A stretch of DNA of 64,000 bases from Antedon mediterranea (Eukaryota > Animalia > Echinodermata): contig NC_092677.1 of assembly GCF_964355755.1 (NCBI RefSeq), forward strand, positions 28,197,175 through 28,261,174, written 5' to 3'. Positions 12,689 to 23,429 of this stretch are shown piece after piece. The notes beneath the pieces are model-generated. The model had not been told where the DNA came from. It made no database searches and worked only from the letters and a program-made list of their open reading frames with translations. The translations under genes were made by a program, and so were the position numbers. Each line of letters begins with the position of its first letter. Position 1 is the stretch's first letter.

Positions 12689-13787
12689 TACAAAACACTG
12701 AAAGGATAAGGGAAAAGAATTGCCATTTTAATTAGACCTACTATTAAATAATAGCTTGATTTCCTGAGGAACGTCATTACACACAATGTATGATGGGAAT
12801 GTTTTGGGAGCAAACGACGCACGCGCACGTACAAACAACAAATCACGTTCGTACGCGTCGTGACGTTTGCTCCCAAACCCTTCCTATTATGCGTCGCGCA
12901 TGCTATTTACAATATGCCTTATTAGCATCGCCATCATTATAACAGTAAGATATCGACATTAACAATTAATTCTAACAAATGTTGTTTTATTAAACAAAAA
13001 GCAGAGTGTATTTCACATTAATATAGAAACTTTCAAAAGATCAGAGCGCTTTATTATATCACAGGTATGAATTATGCTTTCATATTATGATAATACAATA
13101 GATACTTGTTTTGAATATACACCTTTGTATGACTTTATTCTGCTTCGACCTATATAACAAGCACATTTGGTAAATAATTCTGATAGATATCATTGACTAT
13201 CAATCCAATTAAGTACACACATACGTTACTGTTTCCGATTATTCACCGTTGATTTCAATACACCAGTCAGGCGTGTTCAATAGTTGTAATATTTTCATAT
13301 TTATGATTGAATTATTCTGTGAATAACACCCCACTATCTTTCATTGTATTATGTTATGATAGAGAGAAAGAGTAAATTTGTTATTATTTTAGAATGAGCA
13401 CAGATAGAACCTGACTGTTTATGCTATTTAATATTATTTGCTGTTGTATTTGTGTCATATTTCACGAGATGTGTTAGAAAAACAGGAGAAATGTATGTAC
13501 TCTGATATTTCAAAGTCCGATCGGCACCACTAACTTTTGTCAGTTTGGTAGTTCAGACAAAAGTATAATTTCTAATTTATAGGCTAATAACTACTTTTTA
13601 CATAATATATTTCGTTGTTATATGCATTGCTCTTCCCTACGAAAACATTCTAATTGCATGTACTTTTAGTAACTAAACGCATTTCTTTTACTTAACACTA
13701 ATATATCTAAGTTCACTAAAGATTTTTATAATTTACTAACATTATCAGGCATACACATCGATGTACCGTATCGAAGCTACACAAAGA

Positions 13788-13944
13788 TTTAACTGGCTAC
13801 ACTATCAAACTTATGTGACAAAAAAATGTGATGTGCCTATATGGACATGATGATGTCATATCACTACCATATTGGGCACAACACTCCCATATTTGGGCAC
13901 ATCACACTTTTTTGTCAAACTGGTTTAATGGTGTAGACAAAGCT
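13788..13944. mobile_element. PIF/Harbinger-like MITE copy (degenerate left end)
   Basis: Same internal sequence and CTACACTATCAAAC ... GTGTAGACA(A)AGCT ends as the copies at 20931 and 39114. Confidence 0.7.
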
Positions 13945-16161
13945 TTAGACGTGCGTTCAAACGATGATGAAACTATTACGCGCGCGTGAACTTTCTATTA
14001 CCGTATCACAACTGACAACGTATGTGATCGTCCTTAATGTGTTTCCATCATTTTAGGGTATGTCAATGAGCTATTTAATTGTTACCGCGAAATAACACAT
14101 TAACACCGTGTACAGCGGGTGATTGTCAGTCAATGTTATTACAAAGTATTATAATACATGGATGAGAGGTTTGACGAAAAACTGATTACAGCATGCATCG
14201 TCGATGAAACGTCAACATATTTGTTATTTCAACGCTTCTTAAAATTACTTTCACTGCGTTTTGTCATCAATATAATTTAATTTAATTGTTTCAGCATCAA
14301 TATTACATTCTTTAAATTGTCAGCGGTACATGAAAGGAAGGAAAGACATTATAATACGTCACTACAGTAAGAGCTATTTATAATTTTTAGTTTTTTAAGA
14401 CCCAACAAAATGCATTGAAGTAATTTGAAAAGAAATGAAAAATACTTAACTAGGCCTATTTGCCAATGTACGGTAATAATATCATGAGATACATCCGGTA
14501 CATAATATAGCTATACTCGACCTGAGCGCGTCTCGTTGCTTAAAATGAGAACACATTTTTAACAGGAATTTTAATTGACATGTTCAATACAATTTTTTGT
14601 TAACGTTTAAAAAAAAAAGACCCCAAAGCATATATTTGAACCGGTTAAAAAGTAACGTACCCTGCAGAAGTATTTGTATATACCTTTACAGAGGACCGCT
14701 ATTATAGCACCCGTTCGAAATGTGCGTGTCGTACGTTCGGGACGCACTGTGTACACGCTTTATTTTCTAAACTCGTCAAATAATTGAAAAATCAAGACAC
14801 TATACTTGAAATACAATTTTAATTATTCTTACAATGATTGGCATTTTATAAAGTTAGAAATGACACTCTGGCGAGACATGCTATTAGCTTATTCATATAA
14901 AATGGAGAAATTTTATTAAAACTATGTTGTTTTAGTTTCAAATTCATGGTCAAACCCGACATGATAGTATTGACAGTAAAAATTTTTTATTTAGTATTCA
15001 TCAATTTAACTGATTCAAAATTAATAATTTTATGTGAACACTGATTCAAGATACACGATTCTATTTATTTGATTTCGATGAAGTCACGCCAAATGTCTTT
15101 CTTAAAGGTAGACCTATGTTATGTGTGGTCCCAGTTTACGAGAGAGACTGCGGTACATCCATGCAATTATATATATAAATATATGCATTTTTTATTTCTA
15201 TATTAAGCCACCAGATATAGTATAGACATATTCCTCACATTTGGTCGAGGGATGACGACATAAGAGACACAAGTCCGCCACTCTCACCGTCAAAGACACA
15301 TATTTTGGCCTATTTTGTAGAATTCATTATGACGATAAATACCAATATATTTTGTTGATTAAAAAAGAGGAATCTAATACTTTAGCATACAAAATATGCT
15401 GAATAAGTTGTACTCACACGACAAAGCAACACAAAGTTTTAAGCGCGTTCAAAGGCTGATAAATAATGATACGCGTATTTTACGCGCGCGTCGACATTGT
15501 GTCACTTTAACATCTGAAGCAAATCATATTCTTTACTTATGATATTTCAACTTACCAATTCCTTGAAATCAGTAACAAAAATGCACTTTGGTGTAAAGAT
15601 ATCACATATCAGAACTTCAAGAACGTATAAATACGATACAAAGACAAATAGTGACCGTCTTTAGCGTTTGATATGTTGTTAAACGAGTGAAAGCCAGTGG
15701 ATCCAGCGGGGGATGGAACGTATGTGACGGTTGTCCGCTCCAAGTCGCGTTTTTAATCGCTATTCTAATTGTCACACTGGACGTTGATTGGCTGCACTAT
15801 TCGTCATCTTAAATTTAAAATCATCGTGTAACTTCCCCTATTTGTGGAAACTTCATTATGATCATTCGATAAAACAAAAACGCGTAACCAATTGGAATGT
15901 AATACTATAATATTAGAACTAAGCCAAATTTAATAGTACCAAAACCAAAAACAAACTACAAAAAACGTAGCTTATCATATAGAGGTGCCAAGGTTTGGAA
16001 TGAGCTACATGAAGATATTAAAAATGTGAACTCTGTCTCTCTTTTTAAGAAACTGTTAACTGCTAATTTCATGTAGCTTTATTTAAATGTAGTGTATTAT
16101 TTAATTTTATAGTTAGTAAGTGTATCCTTGTTTCATTTTATTTCATTGTAATTGTTTTATT

Positions 16162-18470
16162 GGTTCTAGGACACCTACCCCCTAGACAGTTACCCCCCGG
16201 ATGTTTACCACCCGGACAACTACCCCCTTAGGACAACTACCCCCCGGACAACTACCCCCCGGACAACTACCCCCTTAGGACAACTACCCCCTTAGGATAA
16301 CAACCCCCCGGACAACTACCCCCCGGACAACCACCCCCTTAGGACAACTACCCCCTTAGGATAACTACCCCCCGGTCAACTACCCCCCGGTCAACTACCC
16401 CCCGGTCAACTACCCCCCCCCCCCCCCATCCAAAAGTAGACAAATATATAGGACCGGTTTCTGTAAAAATGAAATCATCTGTTTTTAACGGGTGTTTCGA
16501 AACTAGAGATCCGAGACCAGAGACCTGAAACGAGACCCAATACGAAAAGGGAGACCTATATTTGGGTCTCCCTTTTCGTATATTATTAGGGTCTCCCTTT
16601 TCGTATAGTGTGGTCTCTCTTTTCGTATAGTGGGGTCTCCCTTTTCTTATAGTGGGTCTCCCTTTTCTTATAGTGGGTCTCCCTTTTCGTATATTTGGGC
16701 CTCCCATTTTGTATATTTGGGTCTCCCTTTCGTATAATTGGGTCTCCCTTTTCGTATATTTAGGTCTCCCTTTTCGTATATTAGGGTCTCCCTTTTCGTA
16801 TAGTGGGGTCTCCCTTTTCGTATAGGGGGTCTCCCTTTTCGGTTCTAGGACACCTACCCCCTAGACAGTTACCCCCCGGATGTTTACCACCCGGACAACT
16901 ACCCCCTTAGGACAACTACCCCCGGACAACTACCCCCTTAGGACAACTACCCCCTTAGGATAACAAACCCCCGGACAACTACCCCCCGGTCAACTACCCC
17001 CGGTCAACTACCCCCCCCCCCCCCCCATCCAAAAGTAGACAAATATATAGGACCGGTTTCTGTAAAAATGAAATTGTTTTTAACGGGTGTTTCGAAACTA
17101 GAGATCCGAGACCAGAGACCTGAAACGAGACCCAATACGAAAATGGAGACCTATATTTGGGTCTCCCTTTTCGTATATTATTAGGGTCTCCCTTTTCGTA
17201 TAGTGTGGTCTCTCTTTTCGTATAGTGGGGTCTCCCTTTTCTTATAGTGGGTCTCCCTTTTCTTATAGTGGGTCTCCCTTTTCGTATATTTGGGCCTCCC
17301 ATTTTGTATATTTGGGTCTCCCTTTCGTATAATTGGGTCTCCCTTTTCGTATATTTAGGTCTCCCTTTTCGTATATTAGGGTCTCCCTTTTCGTATAGTG
17401 GGGTCTCCCTTTTCGTATAGTGGGGTCTCCCTTTTCGTACGTGGGTCTCCCTTTTCGTATATTTAGGTCTCCCTTTTCGTATTGGGTCTCTGGTCTCTGG
17501 TCTCGGGTCTCTAGTTTCGAAACACCCGTTTTTAACCGATTATTCTGTTTAACAGCACGCTAGACCCTAGATGTGCTAGATTTAAAGTACCGTATTTATT
17601 GAAAAAACGGCCTGGGCTGTTTATTGTTTAGGTGGTTTTTAGGTGGACATTTATTGGAAGAAAGTTGTTTATTCAATGGGAGGGGGTATAATCTAATGGA
17701 AATAGACGCCGATTATTCCATATGATGTTTCATGGGAGTGACATGGTCACCGTTTATTTGAGGGGAATTTATTTAAAGATCGACGTTTATTCGGTGAGTG
17801 AACATTGAGGTCAAATATCAAAAGTGATATTATTCTTCAAGTGTACAAAAATACATATATGACAAATTTGAGACAAATATTAATTCTTTTAAGACCAGTG
17901 GTTATCGAAGCATTGTCCTGACGCAAAAATTATTATTATTATTAGCGATCCCAGTCTTTACAGTAAATACAGGGAGTACTATATAATACGTTCGACTATC
18001 CTATGATCATGTGTGACGATCTTCAGTTTATACCAGGCTATATTTATGTTCAATCTTTTACTTTTGTTTACAATAATGAATAGTAATTCGTCAAAGTAAC
18101 GAATTAAAATATAGTTATTAATTCCTATTATACACTGTTGCAGAGTCAGGTTGTTGAATGGTCTGGGTGGTTAGGGTGTTCTAAAGGGATAGTTTTCTGG
18201 GTGGTAATTGTCCGGGGGGTAATTGTCCGGGTGGTAATTGTCCGGGGGGTAATTGTTCCTAGGGGGTAATTGTCCGGGGGGTAGTTGTCCAGGGGGTAGT
18301 TGTCCTAAGGGGGTTGTTGTCCTAAGGGGGTAGTTGTCCGGGGGGTATTTGTCCGGGGGGTAGTTGTCCTAAAGGGGTAGTTGTCCTAAGGGGGTAGTGG
18401 TCCAGGTGGTGGTTGTCCGGGGGGTAGTTGTCCGGGGGGTAAATGTCCAGGGGGTGAATATCCGGATACG
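16162..18470 (+). mobile_element. Non-autonomous Mutator/Foldback-like element, copy 1, with a duplicated left end (16162-16840, restarting at 16841)
   Basis: Ends GGTTCTAGGACACC... and ...TATCCGGATACG. Long imperfect TIRs built of GGACAACTACCCCCC units. 8-bp TSD GTTTTATT at 16154-16161 and 18471-18478. Confidence 0.85.
17085..17527. mobile_element. Nested MITE (Mutator-like, 9-bp TSD) inside the host element
   Basis: TIR GGGTGTTTCGAAACTAGAGA / TCTCTAGTTTCGAAACACCC; TSD GTTTTTAAC at 17076-17084 and 17528-17536; internal GGGTCTCCCTTTTCGTATA repeats. Equivalent copies at 16490-16840 (truncated), 19422-19861 and 23759-24142. Confidence 0.85.
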
Positions 18471-18478
18471 GTTTTATT

Positions 18479-20187
18479 CGTATCCGGATATTCACCCCCT
18501 GGACATTTACCCCCCGGACAACTACCCCCCGGACAACCACCACCTGGACCACTACCCCCTTAGGACAACTACCCCTTTAGGACAACTACCCCCCGGACAA
18601 ATACCCCCCGGACAACTACCCCCTTAGGACAACAACCCCCTTAGGACAACTACCCCCTGGACAACTACCCCCCGGACAATTACCCCCTAGGAACAATTAC
18701 CCCTCGGACAATTACCACCCGGACAATTACCCCCCGGACAATTACCACCCAGAAAACTATCCCTTTAGAACACCCTAACCACCCAGACCATTCAACAACC
18801 TGACTCTGCAACAGTGTATAATAGGAATTAATAACTATATTTTAATTCGTTACTTTGACGAATTACTATTCATTATTGTAAGCAAAAGTAAAAGATTGAA
18901 CATAAATATAGCCTGGTATAAACTGAAGATCGTCACACATGATCATAGGATAGTCGAACGTATTATATAGTACTCCCTGTATTTACTGTAAAGACTGGGT
19001 TCGCTAATAATAATAATAATTTTTGCGTCAGGACAATGCTTCGATAACCACTGGTCTTAAAAGAATTAATATTTGTCTAAAATTTGTCATATATGTATTT
19101 TTGTACACTTGAAGAATAATATCACTTTTGATATTTGACCTCAATGTTCACTCACCGAATAAACGTCGATCTTTAAATAAATTCCCCTCAAATAAACGGT
19201 GACCATGTCACTCCCATGAAACATCATATGGAATAATCGGCGTCTATTTCCATTAGATTATACCCCCTCCCATTGAATAAACAACTTTCTTCCAATAAAT
19301 GTCCACCTAAAAACCACCTAAACAATAAACAGCCCAGGCCGTTTTTTCAATAAATACGGTACTTTAAATCTAGCACATCTAGGGTCTAGCGTGCTGTTAA
19401 ACAGAATAATCGGTTAAAAACGGGTGTTTCGAAACTAGAGACCCGAGACCAGAGACCCGAGACCCAATACGAAAAGGGAGACCTAAATATACGAAAAGGG
19501 AGACCCACGTACGAAAAGGGAGACCCCACTATACGAAAAGGGAGACCCCACTATACGAAAAGGGAGACCCTAATATACGAAAAGGGAGACCTAAATATAC
19601 GAAAAGGGAGACCCAATTATACGAAAGGGAGACCCAAATATACAAAATGGGAGGCCCAAATATACGAAAAGGGAGACCCACTATAAGAAAAGGGAGACCC
19701 ACTATAAGAAAAGGGAGACCCCACTATACGAAAAGAGAGACCACACTATACGAAAAGGGAGACCCTAATATACGAAAAGGGAGACCCAAATATAGGTCTC
19801 CCTTTTCGTATTGGGTCTCGTTTCAGGTCTCTGGTCTCGGATCTCTAGTTTCGAAACACCCGTTAAAAACAGATGATTTCATTTTTACAGAAACCGGTCC
19901 TATATATTTGTCTACTTTTGGATGGGGGGGGGGGGGTAGTTGACCGGGGGGTAGTTGACCGGGGGGTAGTTACCCGGGGGGTAGTTATCCTAAGGGGGTA
20001 GTTGTCCTAAGGGGGTGGTTGTCCGGGGGGTAGTTGTCCGGGGGGTTGTTATCCTAAGGGGGTAGTTGTCCTAAGGGGGTAGTTGTCCGGGGGGTAGTTG
20101 TCCGGGGGGTAGTTGTCCTAAGGGGGTAGTTGTCCGGGTGGTAAACATCCGGGGGGTAACTGTCTAGGGGGTAGGTGTCCTAGAACC
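18479..20187 (-). mobile_element. Mutator/Foldback-like element, copy 2, inverted and adjacent to copy 1
   Basis: Reverse complement of copy 1. Flanked by 9-bp GGTTTTATT at 18470-18478 and 20188-20196. Confidence 0.85.
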
Positions 20188-20930
20188 GGTTTTATTATCT
20201 GCTTTTGTTTTTTGCTTCTGTAATTGTTTTATTATTTGATTTGATATCTGCTTTTTACATTTATTATTGTTGGTGTTTTCCATTGAGCACGGTCTTACTG
20301 AAAGACAACTTTTAGTTGAGTTAAGTATTCGTGATTAAATAAAGCTTATTATTATTATTATGTGTTGAGAACTTTTAATAGGCCTACTCTGACTGAAATC
20401 TACAACATATATTTTTTTTGTAAACTTGGAGAACTCGCCATCAGGTTTGAAACAAACACACTTACAACGCTATTGTTATGTACCGTAGCCTACAGCCTGC
20501 GCATTACTATACATAATTATTCTAACATTATTTATGTTGGTTTTTCCTAATCTCGCATTTGTATTTTACTCGTATTTTATTTACTATTTATTATGAATTA
20601 TGGCATTGCTAACAAATTAACCTACAAGAACAAATAGTGGCTGAGGAGCGGCTCATTAAGCAAGTCACGATCGTTCTCTCTGCGTCTTAAGTGTAATTAA
20701 CGCGTTAATGTCGCGTCGCAAAGTGTACTGAATGCGTTAATGTTGCGAAAAGTGTAAATAATGTGTTAATGTGTGTCTCAATGTGCTGGTTCCATTTTCC
20801 TCTTGCTTCAGACAATAGAAACATAATATTTGTAAACACATAGTGGCAGACATTTGGCCAAGAGGGACCGTGGGTCAAATGTCCAACACGCAAGTGAGAA
20901 ATACCTAATCTCTATATACAGTATACATAA

Positions 20931-21071
20931 AGCTCTGTCTACACTATCAAACTTTATGTGAAAAAAAAATGTGATGGGCCCACATGGACATGATGATATC
21001 ATATCACTACCATATTTGGGCATGACATCACACTTTTTTTGTCAAACATGTTTGATAGTGTAGACAGAGCT
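20931..21071. mobile_element. PIF/Harbinger-like (Tourist-type) MITE, intact
   Basis: TIR AGCTCTGTCTACACTATCAAAC / GTTTGATAGTGTAGACAGAGCT; 3-bp TSD TAA on both sides. Confidence 0.85.
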
Positions 21072-21614
21072 TAAAACTACCGTGTCAAAATCATCTCATA
21101 TAACCTGACTCATTAAAATGAGTGGTTGCATATTATAAAATTGTTTTACAAAATTAGCAAATAAATTCCTGACCGTCACGAAGAGAGTTCCAGAATGTTA
21201 ATTAACAATTACGCTAGTGCTTGTGCTTATCTTCTATCGTTTAAAACTTTCTATCCGTTTTATGTTTATGATGTGAAAACTTGTCAATAAATTGGATATG
21301 ATATCTTTAACAATCGTACAATAACCAAACTTGGCATTTCTTTTGATCGTAGCGCACAAAGCTTTGTTTATCTCTGTCATCACGGTTACCCATTTTGAAA
21401 ATGTTTATGAAGATGTTTAAATGTTTTATTTGGCGTTAAGCGTCATTAAGTCCATCTCACAATGTAAACTCGTTCACTGGAATTGTTACGAAAACAAAGT
21501 CGTTTATTTATGCCTGTGCCATACTCACGATTACAAATATTAGTGCAGTACGTTTGGTAAGAAAAACGTGCTCTATAAACAACTAATAACAACAACAACG
21601 TATGTTGCCGAAAT

Positions 21615-21743
21615 TAAAGTTAGATTATGTTAAAGTTAGATTATGTTAAAGTTAGATTATGTTAAAGTTAGATTATGTTAAAGTTAGATTATGTTAAAGT
21701 TAGATTATGTTAAAGTTAGATTATGTTAAAGTTAGATTATGTT
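21615..21743. repeat. 16-bp tandem repeat (GTTAAAGTTAGATTAT) x ~8
   Basis: Direct inspection. Confidence 0.95.
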
Positions 21744-21764
21744 CAGAACGTTCATCTCCGATAA

Positions 21765-21880
21765 AGCTCTGGCTACACTATCAAACAAAAAAGTGTGATG
21801 TCCCCAAATATGGTAGTGATGTCCCCAAATATGGTAGTGATATGACATCATGTCACATAAAGTTTGATAGTGTTAGACCA
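21765..21880. mobile_element. PIF/Harbinger-like MITE, partial copy in opposite orientation
   Basis: TAA + AGCTCTGGCTACACTATCAAAC; interior is the reverse complement of the 20931 copy; right TIR truncated. Confidence 0.7.
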
Positions 21881-23429
21881 GGAGGAAATTTCCTCCATGT
21901 GTACTTCTCCGATAACAGTTATTTGTAAACGGGAAAATAAAGAGAGTTATTTAAAATGTTTGTTTTTAGTGTATTAAACACAGGTTTATAATAACGGCGC
22001 CATTTAACACGTGGGTTATTTTAGCCATAATATCTGTCGCCAAAATTGTGTAGAAAATGAAATGATTTACATTACGCTTATTTGTCATTGTTTACTACTT
22101 TGTTGAATTATTTTCCATTAGTATTGTCCAATGGGAATTAAGAACAGAATATAGTATAAGTCATAAAGTCAATTCGTCTGAAATTTCAGAGAATTTTAAC
22201 TTGCGCTCTGGGCCATGACAAACATCTGCGCATGCGTAACAACTTGTCTGGTAACTACTTCCGTGACTATTATAAATATTATTTTAAAAAATAAATTACT
22301 AAGTAAAGTTTAATTAGTTTGTTATGATAAATGAAGTGTTTTAATAACTAATTAATCTAACATAAACCATAAGAATATTATAGTATGTATAAGGACATTC
22401 AATATTTAAACATCATTATGTGTGAATATATGTAAGATATTGATGCAAATTGTTTACAAATTAATTTGACGAATACAGGTGACAGAATTCTCATGTAGGC
22501 CTAATCTATTTAATAATATTATTCCTTGTGGACGATTCAGTCAAATCATGCTAATTATAATTATTTAAAAGATTTGTTTTAACTGTCTCATTCTTCTTAT
22601 GTTGTTATGGCGATTCTACATCTTTTCAAAATCTCGAGATGTAGGCCTCCTCCACATAAATTGAAACATATTTCTAGAATGCATTACATCAATATAAATT
22701 GGATCACTTTTTTATAGTAATAAACAGACCAGTAAAATAAACTATAAAATCACAGGCAAACTGACGACAGTCGAACATTTACTGACCCATATTTGGTGGT
22801 AAAATCACCAGTATTGAGGTTAAACCAATTATATACAATGTGTTTTTTTTTAAACACAGCATATTTAAATTGCAAGTAGTAGTAGTGTATAATATGTGAA
22901 CTCGTGTGTTTGGTTACGTCATACACGAGACACTACGCGGCTCATGCTTTGTATCAATTATTCACTTGTTTTGTAACTAAATAAGCCGCTTACAATAACA
23001 ATCTTAATTTTTAAAATCTCAATTAATATTATACCAATTCCCTATAGATACTATATTACTATATACAACGAATAAGATGATCCAATCTGTTCTTACAGTC
23101 TGTTATTATTTAAATACAATTGATACAGTGGGACCCATCTTTTGGGACACCCCTGTTCAGGAGACATCCATATTAAATGGACACAAATGGGGACCAATTC
23201 CTATCCATATAGAATATCCCATGGGACTTTTTAAACGAATAGGAGAAACATATTTTAACACCCCGAGAACATTAGAGGACGCCGGGCTGTCCTGAGGGTT
23301 TCCGTATTTCAGTGAGATGGTACTGTTGTTGTGTGGGACGGTAGGTAGGCCCTGGTTTTGTTCCTTTTGTGCTGCTGGTGTGTTTTAGAAGTTTAGAATG
23401 TCCGGCGCAATTATACATACATCTGTCAC

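Larger units (their letters stand above)
15903..20360 (+). mobile_element. 5'-truncated CR1/L2-group LINE (end of RT ORF plus 3' UTR), interrupted by the inverted element pair at 16162-20187
   Basis: 15903-16076 reads YYNIRTKPNLIVPKPKTNYKKRSLSYRGAKVWNELHEDIKNVNSVSLFKKLLTANFM*, the Y-G-x3-WN-x-L...FK C-terminus typical of CR1/L2-group ORF2. The T-rich UTR resumes after 20196 and ends AATAAAGC(TTA)n at ~20340-20360. Confidence 0.75.

Noticed and set aside
16348-19943. Repeated ~76-119 aa ORFs (MGGPNIRKGRP..., MVQVVVVRG...) as transposase or peptides
   Set aside because: Translations of TIR and internal tandem repeats; no DDE or other domain.
23103-23326. Possible Tigger/pogo-type MITE (TACAGTGGGACC...GGTACTG)
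   Set aside because: TIRs too decayed and no clear TA TSD on the right.
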